Assembly (NCBI GenBank): GCA_963817895.1
Contig: CAWFQB010000004.1
Coordinates: 768,001-832,000, forward strand
Source of the DNA: an uncultured Chthonomonadaceae bacterium
GTDB taxonomy: Bacteria > Armatimonadota > Chthonomonadetes > Chthonomonadales > Chthonomonadaceae
Reading direction: 5' to 3'
Length of the DNA: 64,000 bases
Shown here: piece after piece, positions 51,615-62,188 of the stretch
How the letters are laid out: the number at the start of each line of letters is the position of its first letter
Position numbering within the stretch: the first letter of the stretch is position 1
Program-made: the position numbers and the translations under genes
The notes under the pieces: model-generated
Database searches by the model: none
Seen by the model: the letters and a program-made list of their open reading frames with translations, nothing else
What the model was told of the DNA's origin: nothing

Positions 51615-51649
51615 TTGTCACGCTGCTGTCGCGCAGTCCACGCCATACT
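51615..51649 (+). promoter_or_regulatory. Direct-repeat box plus -10 upstream of the second SARP regulator
   Basis: ttgtcacgc-t-gctgtcgcgc-N9-CATACT. Confidence 0.45.
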
Positions 51650-51822
51650 TTTTTGGAGGCTGCAAAAGCTTTAGCAGGAAGAGCCGTTTATGCTGTCGAA
51701 ATATGAATTGTAGAACAAATGTTATGCGCGGCTCACAACTTAAATCTTTGAAGTGTTGGAGTTCCGAACACGGAATACTCAACACAGAATCACGGCATTA
51801 TCAGTATCGAAAGCAGTACGCT

Positions 51823-54800
51823 ATGCTCTGGCAGATTGAATTATTCAGCAGATTACGCGCTGTGAATGGAGAGCGCGAAATAACCCGTTTTCGCACGAAG
51901 AAGGCAGCGGCTTTGTTCGCTTATCTGACATATCATTCAGGCAAAATTCATACGCGCGAAACATTGATTGACTGGATGTGGCCTGACGATGACGACAACA
52001 GCGTTTCCCTCGATGAGGGGCGTAATAACTTGAGTACGGCTTTATCTCACCTGCGCAGCCAGTTGGAGCCGCCCGACATTGCGCGGGGAACCGTTCTGCG
52101 CGCTGACCGCGCCACCGTGCAGATCAATCCCGACGCCATCCACACGGACGTAAGCGATTTCAAAGCCGCGCTGCAAAAAGCGGGCAAAGCGCAGAGCCAG
52201 GAAGCCCGCGCCGAATGGTTGATGCAGGCGCTCGGCATTTATAAAGGGGAACTTCTGCCCGGTCTTTATGATGATTGGGTGGAGCAGGAACGTCGCAATC
52301 TTACCGGCGACTTCGAGCGCGCGGCAAGCCAACTGATCGAGCATTTCAAAGCCGCCGGCCAGCCTGACCATGCCATTCGTTATGCCACCCGCCTTGTCGC
52401 CGTAGCCCCCGACAACGAGGAAGCGCATTGCGAATTGATGCGATTGTACCGCGCGCAGGGCAACTTTGCCGCCGCGCTGCGCCAGTACCGTCTGCTCGAA
52501 CAGCATCTTGCCCCTCTGGAAGTCGCGCCCTCCGCCGAAACGCGCGCCCTCGCGGCAAAGATAGACAGGGAGAAGAGGAGACAGGGAGAAGAGGAGAGGG
52601 TAGAGATACGAGATGAGGGAAAAGGGAAAAGGGAAAAGGGAAAAGAAGATGCCTTCTCAACTATTAACTATCCACTATCAACTTCTTCATCCCTCATCCC
52701 TCATCCCTCATCCCTTCCCGGTCATGTCGCCCTGCTGCTGACGGACATTGAGCGTTCTACGCTGCACTGGATTGCGGGCGGGGAAGCGTATAGCAGCGTT
52801 CTGGCGCAGCATCATGCGCTGTTGCGCGCGGTTTTTCAGCGGCATGGCGGCATGGAAGCGAAAGAAACGGGCGACGGGTTTATCGTTCTGTTTGAAAACA
52901 TCGCGGACGCGCTGGCAGGCAGCCTGGACGCGCAGCAGGCGCTTGCCGAAACTAATTGGCCTGTGGGCATGGAGCCGCCGCGCGTGAAAATGGCTCTGCA
53001 TTGCGGGCATGTGCAATGGGAAAACGGCGACGCGCGCGGGCTGGCAATTCACCATGCCGCGCGTCTGGCCGAGGCCACGCATGGCGACCAGATTTTGTGT
53101 TCCGAAGCGGCATCCATGCTGGCGGCGGGCGCGGATAACCTGAGAACTGACATTCGCTTGAAACCTCTGGGCGTGTATCGCCTGCGCGATTTTCCCGACG
53201 CGCAGCAACTATTTCAGGTTTGCCGGTTGAATATACCCGAACGCGACTTTCCGCCCATCAAAGCGCTTCCCGGTTATGCCGACCGTTTGCCCCTGTCCAC
53301 AACGCGCTTTGTCGGGCGCGAACAGGAACTGGCGCAGCTTCAAAACTGGCTGTCGCCCCCTGCGCCGGCGCAAAATACGCTCCCCTGCCGCCTGCTCACG
53401 CTGACCGGGATGGGCGGCGCGGGCAAAACTCGCCTCGCGCTGGAACTCGGCGGCGAATGGTCCCGCTTCTGGAGGGCGCGGTCTGGTATCTGCCGCTCGC
53501 GGATGTGGCGGATGCGCGCGGCGTGGCGGACGCGCTACGGCAGCATTTGCGCCTGCCTCACGCGACCGGAGCCGACCTGCTGGAACAACTGACAGAGCTG
53601 CTTTCCCGTCGCCCCTCCCTTCTCGCGCTGGACAATTTTGAGCAGCTTCTGTCCACGCGAGACGAGGAACCGGGCAATTTGAACGCCGTTGGGCGGAACG
53701 CCGCTTCGCGGGATGCTGCTTCCGTAGATGCCATTGCGCTGAACGCTGTTTCGGTGGATGCCGCTTCGTTCGTGGAGGCATTGCTGGAGCGCATCCCGAC
53801 GCTGACGATTTTAGTCACATCGCGCCACCGTCTGCGATTGGCGCAGGAGCGGGAATTCCCCGTGCCGCCGCTGCAAACCCCGGACGTGTTTCAGCCGCTC
53901 ACGCCGTCTCAGAACGACATCTACCTGACGAAACTGAACGGGTGCGAGAGTGTGCGTCTGTTCGTGGAACGCGCTCAGGAGGCGCGGCCCGATTTTCAAC
54001 TGACGCTGAAAAACGCGCCCGCCATTGCGGAACTGTGCGCCCGTCTGGAAGGCATCCCGCTTGCCATCGAACTGGCCGCCGCCCGCGCGCAAATTCTGAC
54101 TCCCGCGCAGATGCTGGCGCAGCTTAATGACCGCTTCACATTCCTGGTCAGCCGCAGCCGCAACATCACGCCCCGCCAGCGTTCCCTGCGGGCTTCGCTC
54201 GACATGAGCTACGCCCTGCTTTCACCCCCCTTGCAGCGATTTCTCGCCCAACTCTCCATCTTCCGGGGCGGCTGGACGTGGGAAGCGGCAGAAGTGGTTG
54301 CAAAGGAGGAAGGCGTTGTCCTTCCCTCCGGGTGGACGCCCGGGAGGAAGGATGAAGGCAATCCTCCTTCCTCCTTTGATGTCCTCGACTATCTGGCGGA
54401 ACTGCGGGATAGTTCGCTGATTGTAACGGAGGCGAGTGGGGAGCAGATACGGTTTCGGCTGCTGGAAACGCTGCGCGAGTATGCCGATGAGCAACTCTCT
54501 TCTGTGGAGCGCGAAGGATTACGGCAGGCGCACTACACCTACTATTTAGCCATGTCCGAGCAGTCCGAGGCGGAACTGAATGGCCCCAATCAGGCCGAGT
54601 GGCTGAATCGTCTGGAAAGCGAGCATGATAACCTGCGCGCGGCTCTGCGCGGAACCGGCGACGCTGAAGCAAGGCTGCGACTGGCAGGCGCGTTATACCG
54701 CTTCTGGGAAGGGCGCGACCACTTGCAGGAGGGGCGTTTCTGGTTGGAAACCGCGGAACATGCCGGGGACATTGGACCTCTGGTTCAGGCCAAAGCGCTC

Positions 54801-55652
54801 AACGGCGCGGGTGTGCTGGCAAATAAACAGGGAGATTATTCTGCCGCGCGCCGTTTTCTGGAACACAGCCTCGCGCTGTATCGAACGCTCGGCAACGCGC
54901 ACGGGGTCGCGCTGGCAAGCAACAATCTGGGCAACGCTCTGCGCGTACAGGGCCACTACCCGGAAGCGCAGTCCTGCTATGAAGCGGCGGCGGCCATCTG
55001 GCGAAAGGCGGAAAGCTGGTCAACGCTTGCAAGCGTACAGAACAACCTGGGTATCACTGCCCTCAATCTTGGCGACACGGCGCAGGCGCAGGCGCATTTT
55101 GAAACCAGTTTGCAAACAGGGCGGCGGGCGGGAGATGACATGCAGAAAGCCGCCACGCTCGTCAACCTGGGGCGCGTCTTCCTTCGGCAAAGCAGGCATG
55201 GAGAAGCGCAGGCGTGTTTGGAGGAGAGTTTGGCGCTGTTCAGGAAACTGGGCCGCAAAACAAGCGTGGCTATCGCCCTGCTCAACCTGGGCGGGCTGAT
55301 TTATGAGAGGCAGGGCTGCGCTGCCGCATGGCCGCTTTTGGTGGAGAGTCTGCAAATCCGGCAGGAAGTGGATGATCGCAGTGGCATTCCCATTGTGCTG
55401 GAGGTTATGGCGCAGGCTATGAACGAGCAGGGCCGATGGGAACGCGCCGCGCATCTGCTCGGAGCCGCCACCGCGCTTCGTGTCGCGTTTAGAGCGCCTC
55501 TGCCAGCTGCGGAGCGCGATGAATACGAACGGGATGTGGCGGCAATACGATCAGGGTTGGGCCGGAAAGCGTTCCAAACAGCGTGGGAACAGGGGCTTGC
55601 CATGACGCGGGAACAGGCCCTCGCCTGCGCCTGCGCCCAAAATCCAGAGTGA
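51823..55652 (+). CDS. AfsR/SARP-family regulator: wHTH, BTAD, class III nucleotide cyclase-like domain, STAND ATPase, TPR (frameshift near 53450)
   Basis: RFRTKKAAALFAYL, EEAHCELMRLY, LTDIERST/KETGDGF, TGMGGAGKTRLA, LDNFEQ, LEGIPLAIELAAAR, TPRs. Confidence 0.88.
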
Positions 55653-55675
55653 ATCAAACGTTCGCCCGCGTGAAA

Positions 55676-55710
55676 TTGTTAGGAATTTGTAAGGACATGC
55701 GCTGCATACT
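55676..55710 (+). promoter_or_regulatory. Direct-repeat box plus -10, copy 1
   Basis: ttgttaggaatttgtaagga-N7-tgCATACT. Confidence 0.72.
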
Positions 55711-55806
55711 CTTATGTGGGCGCGTGATAATGCGCGCTAATCGTCGTAAAACCGGAAACGATTTTCAGGACGCGCCTATATTGTTGACACAGTGGAAGGA
55801 TTTATC

Positions 55807-56421
55807 ATGCCAGGAAAGCAAAATCGTGTTGCCGTCATGTCCGTTATCACGCTGCTTACCGTTGCCGGACTGTCCCGGCGCAGTTGGGAGCAACCTCCTA
55901 CGTTGCCGGGCAGCCTCGGCTGCAAGGATGATTACTGCGTGAGTTTGAAAGGGCAGGATCATCCCATTCCTACATTCCCGGAGGACCTCGGGGCGGCGCG
56001 CGTCCCCTGGAACACGGCCGTACTGCTAACGGTATCGCGTGGCGCACAGACAATGGGCGTCTCCTCCGCGCAAATCAGCATTGCGGTCTATGAGGTGCAA
56101 TCCGGCAGCGCGAGATTGAACGTCGGCAGACATTCCGAATCCGTTGCGCGTTCTAACTCCGCTGTGAAGTTGGAAACGCCGCCTCCCGCGTCAACGCCTC
56201 CGGTACTACAGGCAGCCAGTACCGCTTTGCTGTCCTACGCGCCGCTTGGGTTAAAGGATCAGCCCCGGCGCATCGCGTTCAATTTAGCCGCGAAACCGCA
56301 GCAGTTCACGCTGAGACTGAACCCCCCTGCGGGAACCCATCTTTACCTCCTGGTAGTATCCGGCAAGAACGCGAGCAACGCAAACGCGCAGACAGCCCGC
56401 ATGTTCATCACGCGAAAGTGA
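55807..56421 (+). CDS. Hypothetical secreted or membrane-anchored protein
   Basis: GAAGGA RBS, hydrophobic N-terminus, beta-rich C-terminus. Confidence 0.65.
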   Translation: MPGKQNRVAVMSVITLLTVAGLSRRSWEQPPTLPGSLGCKDDYCVSLKGQDHPIPTFPEDLGAARVPWNTAVLLTVSRGAQTMGVSSAQISIAVYEVQSGSARLNVGRHSESVARSNSAVKLETPPPASTPPVLQAASTALLSYAPLGLKDQPRRIAFNLAAKPQQFTLRLNPPAGTHLYLLVVSGKNASNANAQTARMFITRK

Positions 56422-56451
56422 ACCTTGTCCGGCAGGACTGGCAGCGCAACG

Positions 56452-56482
56452 AACGGGGAGCGAAATTTCGCTCCCCGTTTTG
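56452..56482 (+). terminator. Strong hairpin, probable terminator
   Basis: aacggggagcgaa-at-ttcgctccccgtt followed by a short T run. Confidence 0.6.
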
Positions 56483-56619
56483 CTGTCTGGCGCTTCTCCT
56501 CCTGTCGAAATTCGAAATTAGCCCCTCCCCGATGTTCTATATTTATGCTTCGCTTTGGGAATACTATTTGTGAGAAAGGAGATGTCCACAGGTGGATGCC
56601 CGGGTGAGGGCGAAATAAT

Positions 56620-56654
56620 TTGTTAGGAGTTTGTAAAGAGTGGTATTGCAGACT
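56620..56654 (+). promoter_or_regulatory. Direct-repeat box plus -10, copy 2
   Basis: ttgttaggagtttgtaaaga-N7-tgCAGACT, an ungapped match to 55676-55710. Confidence 0.72.
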
Positions 56655-56782
56655 GTCTTCATGCGCGCAGACAAACGAGAAACGCGGGATCGGGCCGGAT
56701 GCCGAAACCTGCCGACGGCTTTGTACGCGGACATAGCGTTTTCAAATAGTTTTAGAACAATCGACTCGCAAGGAGACATTCC

Positions 56783-58769
56783 ATGACACTCATCACCACC
56801 GGCCTTACCAATGGCGGACTCACCACGCACTACCAGGTCGAATACGACAACTCGCTTGCTCAGGCGGACGGCAAGGATCGCGCCAATGCTCTGATTGCCG
56901 TTTGCGAAAGCGATTTCAACATCATGGCGAACTGGTTCCGGGGCGTTACGCTGACGGTTGCCACGCCCATCCATGTGCAGATTTCCCCCGGAGCGTATGC
57001 CAGCGCGGGCTGGGGGCCTCCCATCCGACTGACGCCCGGTAACGGCTCGTCCCTGGACATCGTCCGTTACCTGCTGGTGTCGGAAGTGACCGAAATGTTC
57101 ATGCTGGCGCAGAACAAAGGGTGGTTCGGTTCCGGCAATGAGGGGAGCGCGGGCGAGGGACTGTCCCGTTTTCTCGCGTCCCGTTTTCTCGTGGCTATTG
57201 GGCATGGCGTGACCGAGTCGGGTTTTCAGCTCGCGCCCAGTTGGCTCAACAGTCCGCGACTGGACTTTGTGAACAACATCAACCTGCTGGATCACGGTAT
57301 TGACGCGACGACGGGCTGCGCGATCCTGTTCATTTATTACCTGTACACCCAGTTGGGGTTCGGCATCGAGGAGATTATTGCCGCCGCCGCGCCCGAATTG
57401 TCTGGAGTTTACAGGAATCTGACGCGGGATGGCAGCAATCCCTTCCCCCATTTCAAGCATCTGCTGGATGTGGCGTTTCCGCCGACAAACCCGGACGGCA
57501 CGGCGCATGTATGGAACGTTCCCGGCCCGAACCCGGACGATCCGTTTCCGCTGCTTCCGCATCCCGCGAACCGAACCCGGCTTGCGGAGCGGGCCGGCGA
57601 TTTCGACGGCGATGGTATCTCGGAAATTCTGGTGACGAGTCCCTGGGGCATCGGCATTCTGAAGGAAGTCGGCGGCACGATGACCTCGCTGATGCTGGCT
57701 CCCAATGGCACGCGCTTTGGCGGCTGGCTGCTCGACACGTCCAACAATAAATTCGGGCCTATCGCTGATTACGACGGCGACGGCCATGACGAAATTCTGG
57801 TGACGAGTCCCTGGGGCATCGGCATCCTCAAATTCACCGGCAGTACGCTGACATCTATCATGATGGCGGCCAATGGAACGCGCTTTAGCGGCGGCTGGCT
57901 GCTCGACACGTCCAACAACAATCTCAATTTCGCCGCCGATTATGATGGCGACCGCCACGCCGAGATTTCTCATTACCAGTCCCTGGGGAGTGGGTATCCT
58001 GAAACTGGTGGGCAGCGCGATAACCTCGCCGATGCTGGCCCCCAACGGCACTCGCTTCGGCGGCTGGCTGTACAGCACGGCGGACAATAAGTTCGGCCCT
58101 GCCGCCGATTATGACGGCGACGGCCATGCCGAAATTCTTATCACAAGCGCGTGGGGGCTGGGCATTTTGAAACTGGTCGGCAGTACCTTAACGGCTCCGA
58201 TGATGGCCCCCAACGGCACGCGATTTGGCGGCTGGCTGATGGGTACGGCAGATAACGAGTTCGGTCCCGCTGCGGACTATGACGGCGACGGCCATGCCGA
58301 ACTGGTTGTCACCAGCGCGTGGGGAATGGGCATCCTCAAACTGGTCGGAGCCACCCTGACGGCTCCGATGATGGCTCCGAATGGAACGCATTTTGGCGGC
58401 TGGAATCTCCAGACGGGAGACAATGATTTTAGTCCGTCCGCGGATTACGACGGCGATGGCCGCGCTGAAATTCTGGTTACAAGCAGTGGAGGCATCGGCA
58501 TTCTCAAGTTGTCCGGCAGTACCTTGACGGCTCCGATGGTCCAGCCCAACGGCATGCGCTTCGGCGGCTGGCTGTACAGCACGGCAGCCAACAGAGTCGG
58601 CTCGACGGGGAAATACACCGCCGGGACGCAGAGGGAGATACTCATCACGAGTGGCTGGGGCGTCGGCATTCTGAAACTGTCGGGCAATACCCTGATCTCT
58701 TCGATGTTGCAGCCGAATGGGACCCGCTTCGGCGGCTGGCTGCTCGATACAACCAACAATGTCTTCTAA
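56783..58769 (+). CDS. Zincin-like N-terminal domain plus seven FG-GAP/VCBS-like repeats (frameshift near 57968)
   Basis: About 56-aa repeats ADYDGDGHAEIL.TS.WG.GILK...M.PNGTRFGGW; AAGGAG RBS. Confidence 0.8.
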
Positions 58770-58890
58770 ACAATCCTCAGAGATTGTACCTGTTCATTTC
58801 CGACGGGCAGTTGAGAATTGCGCGTCGGAAAATTTACCGATACCGCCCGCTGTAAACGGGCGGTATTAAAATAAGAAAAGGAGAAATGAC

Positions 58891-59694
58891 ATGCCTGTTG
58901 ATTTTATCGCGTACCACGACCGAACTTCCGCCGACCACAAAGCCCAACTGGACAAGTTTGGCGCATTGGGCTACCGTTTCGTCTCTCTCAGCGTGTACAA
59001 CACGGCGCAAAGTCCGCTGTATGCGGGCGTGATGGTCAAACGCGCTACGGTAGTGGCGCAGCGCGAGTTCCATGACCTGAACGCCGCGCAGATGCAGCAG
59101 CATTTCGACGAGCAGGCCAAACAGGGGTTTGGGCCGGTTATTATTACGGGAACCGGCAGCGCGTCCAATCCGCTGTTCGCCGCCGTGTTTCAGCCGATGA
59201 GTCCGATTTCATTCACCCGCACCGCGCTGACCGGGGGCGATGCGGGCGACATCAATACCTTTCAGGGCTGCTGCGCTCAGGCTAAAAAGGATGGACTGAT
59301 TTTGCGATGGGCGGGGGCTTACGGCGATGCGAACGCGCCCCGCTACATCGGTATCTGGGTTCCCAACCCTGACAAAGTTGTGTGGAACGCGGACGGCGTG
59401 AATGAGAGCGTGGACGGCTTGCAGCAACGCTTTAACGCGCAAACATCCGGGTGGGCGCGGCCCGCGCTGTTCTCGGTATCCCCATCGGAAACCTACCTGT
59501 CGTTGTTTGTGGACAACCAAATCGGCAACTGGGTCGCCCGTCACAACATGACCAGTCAGGGCTATCAGGTCGAATTCGACAAATGGGTGAAGCAGGGGTA
59601 TTTTCCCATTTGCGCGCAGGCGGGCGGAACCGGCGGCGATACCCGGTTCGCGGCGATCTTCGTTCAGCAGGAGACGCCGGTTGCGCATTGGTGA
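58891..59694 (+). CDS. Bacterial tandem repeat (polyglycine-hydrolase-like structural repeat) protein
   Basis: About five 50-aa repeats, e.g. WVARHNMTSQGYQVEFDKWVKQGY.P. Confidence 0.72.
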   Translation: MPVDFIAYHDRTSADHKAQLDKFGALGYRFVSLSVYNTAQSPLYAGVMVKRATVVAQREFHDLNAAQMQQHFDEQAKQGFGPVIITGTGSASNPLFAAVFQPMSPISFTRTALTGGDAGDINTFQGCCAQAKKDGLILRWAGAYGDANAPRYIGIWVPNPDKVVWNADGVNESVDGLQQRFNAQTSGWARPALFSVSPSETYLSLFVDNQIGNWVARHNMTSQGYQVEFDKWVKQGYFPICAQAGGTGGDTRFAAIFVQQETPVAHW

Positions 59695-59698
59695 ACGG

Positions 59699-61704
59699 TT
59701 ACGCGGGCGGGGGTTGCGCGGCCTGCGCATCCCGGAGTTGGCGAATAAAATCCAGCACGGCGTTCGCGCCCTCCTGAAGAGCGGTATCCGTTTCGTTGCG
59801 CATCTGCATACAATACGCCACGAGGTCGCCAATCGCCGTGAAGCGGAACGTGATGTGCCTGTCCGAATAGCGGACGCGACGCATATAGTCCAGAATGGCG
59901 GCGCGGTCACGGGGCGTCAGTCGCAATTCGGCAAGCACAAGGCGGGGCAGCGTGTACGAGTCGCCAAGCTTCATCAGCACGTCGGCAACGCTTTCGCGCA
60001 CAAACGGTTCGCGGTCTTCCAGCGCGCGCAGCAGCCAGCCGATGCACCGCGCGTCCGTCAATCGCTTCAGTTCCGTAATGGCGGCCCCGCACACATTTCC
60101 GGCGGGGTCGTGCAGTTTGCGGATCAGCAGTTCTACAGCCCGCACATCGCCGATATTGCCCAGCACCTGCACGGCATTCAGACGAACGCGCCAGTCGCCG
60201 GATTCGAGCGAGGGCTGCATGGCTTGCAGCACGAGAGGGCCGAGATGCGCCAGCGCCTGTGACGCGCCTTCGCGCACGGCGGGAGCCGTGTCATTCAGGG
60301 CTTCGATGAGCAGGGGGATGCCTTCGGGCGCGGACAGCCGATCCAGCGCTTTCACCGCCGCTTCGCGCACGTTGGAAGTATCATCCTTCATTCCCCGCAA
60401 CACGGCCGGCGGGCGCGACGATCTCTGCAGCAATCCGAGCGCTTCCAGTATCGCCTGCCGCGCCACATACGTCCGCCTTCATAGGCCGCCAGCAAGGGCG
60501 GAACCGCCTGCGCGTCGCCCAATCGTCCCAGTGTCCGCGCCACATCGCCGTAGGCGTCCTGAACAAGGGCGGGAACCAGTTCGGGTACAACCCGGCTCGC
60601 TTCCATACCTGCAAGAGTGTCTGCTGCGGTTTTGCGCAAAGTGGTGTCGCGATTGGCTAGGGCGCTTATGAGCGGCTGCAATTCGCCCACGCGGGACAGG
60701 CTGCCTACGGCGGCAAGGGCGCGGCTGCGGACAAGCGCGTCCTCGTCATTGGCGGCCTGCACGAGCGCGGCGGTCACGCGCGGATCGGCGACATCGGCAA
60801 GGGCGTTGACGGCGGCGCGGCGCACGGGCGCGCTGGCATCCCGAACCGCCGCAACCAGCGCTTCGATATTGTTGTCATTCACCTGCCGGACGGCCTCCAC
60901 CGCAATCAGGCGCACTTCGGCATCCGGGTCGGACAGGGCATGATGCAGCGTGTCCTGCGCGACGGGCGAATCCATCTGGCTGAGAATGGTGTCCGCCACC
61001 CAACGCGCATGGACATGTCCCACGCGGCTTGCCAGCAGCAAAACAGGCAGGGCGTCGATTCCCAATTGCGCCCCATGCTCGGTTAAAATCGTGGCGACAT
61101 GCTGCCGGAACGGGAGGCTGTCGTCCAGCGCGGCCAGCAGAGCGGGCAGGCGTTCGCTGCCTTTGCGGGCAAGCGCGTCGGCGGCGAGAAAGCGGACGGC
61201 CTCATCAACATCCTGCAAAAGGGGGACAAGCGCGTCTACAGCGCGTTCATCGTTGATACGCGACAGCGTTTCCACAATCGCCCGCCGGGTTTCGTCCTGC
61301 CTCGCCGTCAAACAGTCGCGCAGGGGCGCAATTATCTGAGGGTTGTTGAGCAGGCGCAGTTGCGTTCCACACGCGGCCCAATCGTCCTGTTTCAGCGCGT
61401 CGAGCAGTCCGGGTACGGCAAGGCTGCCAAGATGGGCGAGACTGGACACGGCTTCGGCTCGCGCAGTAGTGTCGGCATCGTGTAACGCTCGAATCAGCAC
61501 GGGAACAGAAGCCGGTTCAAAAATAAAACCAAGCGCGCGAATCGAGGCTTTACGCGCTGGCGCATCCCCGATTTGGCCCGCGAAAGCAAGCGGCGCAATA
61601 GCGGCAGTACCCTGCGCCACAACCGTTTGCAGCAGGGCATCAGCCTGTTCGGAGGGGGAAGCGATATATTCTGCGATAGTGTTCCAAAGGGCATCTGGGT
61701 TCAT
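59699..61704 (-). CDS. Large HEAT-repeat protein (frameshift near 60470)
   Basis: Many L..AL.D....VR..A..AL..(L/I)G repeats across two frames. Confidence 0.85.
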
Positions 61705-61802
61705 GGCAATTAACATCCGGGGAAAGGGTTTCAGGCGTTCAGGCAACACAATATAGTTTACACGATTCGCCGTAAAAATTTCATAAAATTGATTCGTGAA
61801 GG

Positions 61803-61831
61803 TTGACATTCCGGGCGCATAGGGTTATAAT
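61803..61831 (+). promoter_or_regulatory. Perfect-consensus sigma70 promoter upstream of mgtE
   Basis: TTGACA-N17-TATAAT. Confidence 0.85.
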
Positions 61832-61882
61832 GACTTGCGCGGCGAATATCTTACCTGCCGCGTAAAGGAAGAAACATTTTCC

Positions 61883-61903
61883 ATGTCCGAACTCAGCCAG
61901 TAG
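61883..61903 (+). other. Candidate leader uORF MSELSQ*
   Basis: AAAGGAAG upstream; lies about 45 nt inside the predicted mgtE transcript. Confidence 0.45.
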
Positions 61904-62103
61904 ACACGAACGGAACCTCCCGTCCCGCGCCCGTTAAGCCGCAGTCCCGCTGCCGCCCGGTCGCTCGACCTGCGCGGAAGCGGCCACATTCCCGCCCCTT
62001 CCCGGTTTCCTGTTTCCTGACGCCGAACAAAACTAAATTCTGTACACGAAACACCGCGAAAACAATGCTGTGTGGAATTCTGTCGTCTGCCTGACTTCAA
62101 ATT

Positions 62104-62146
62104 ACTCCCCTCTCCTATACTTGGGAGAGAGGCCGGGGTGAGGGCT
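62104..62146. repeat. Single REP-like unit in the mgtE leader
   Basis: ctcccctctcc...gggagagaggccggggtgaggg. Confidence 0.75.
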
Positions 62147-62188
62147 ACGAGGCTTCTACACGCCCTGTTTTCGGGAAGGGACATTGCC

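Noticed and set aside
51250..51822. N-terminal extension of the 780-aa ORF
   Set aside because: It is antisense to the ABC ATPase and runs through intergenic DNA; similarity to the paralog begins at 51823
56564..58087. Long antisense ORFs (also 1970-3136, 11680-12807, 14196-15245, 42042-43010, 62349-63308)
   Set aside because: Shadow frames of well-supported genes in GC-rich DNA, with no motifs
57595..58769. About 168-bp periodic repeats as a possible CRISPR array
   Set aside because: They are coding FG-GAP repeats with codon-level variation, no unique spacers and no cas genes
61835..62100. M-box (ykoK) riboswitch
   Set aside because: Conserved M-box sequences were not recognisable by eye; an Rfam scan is needed to exclude it fully
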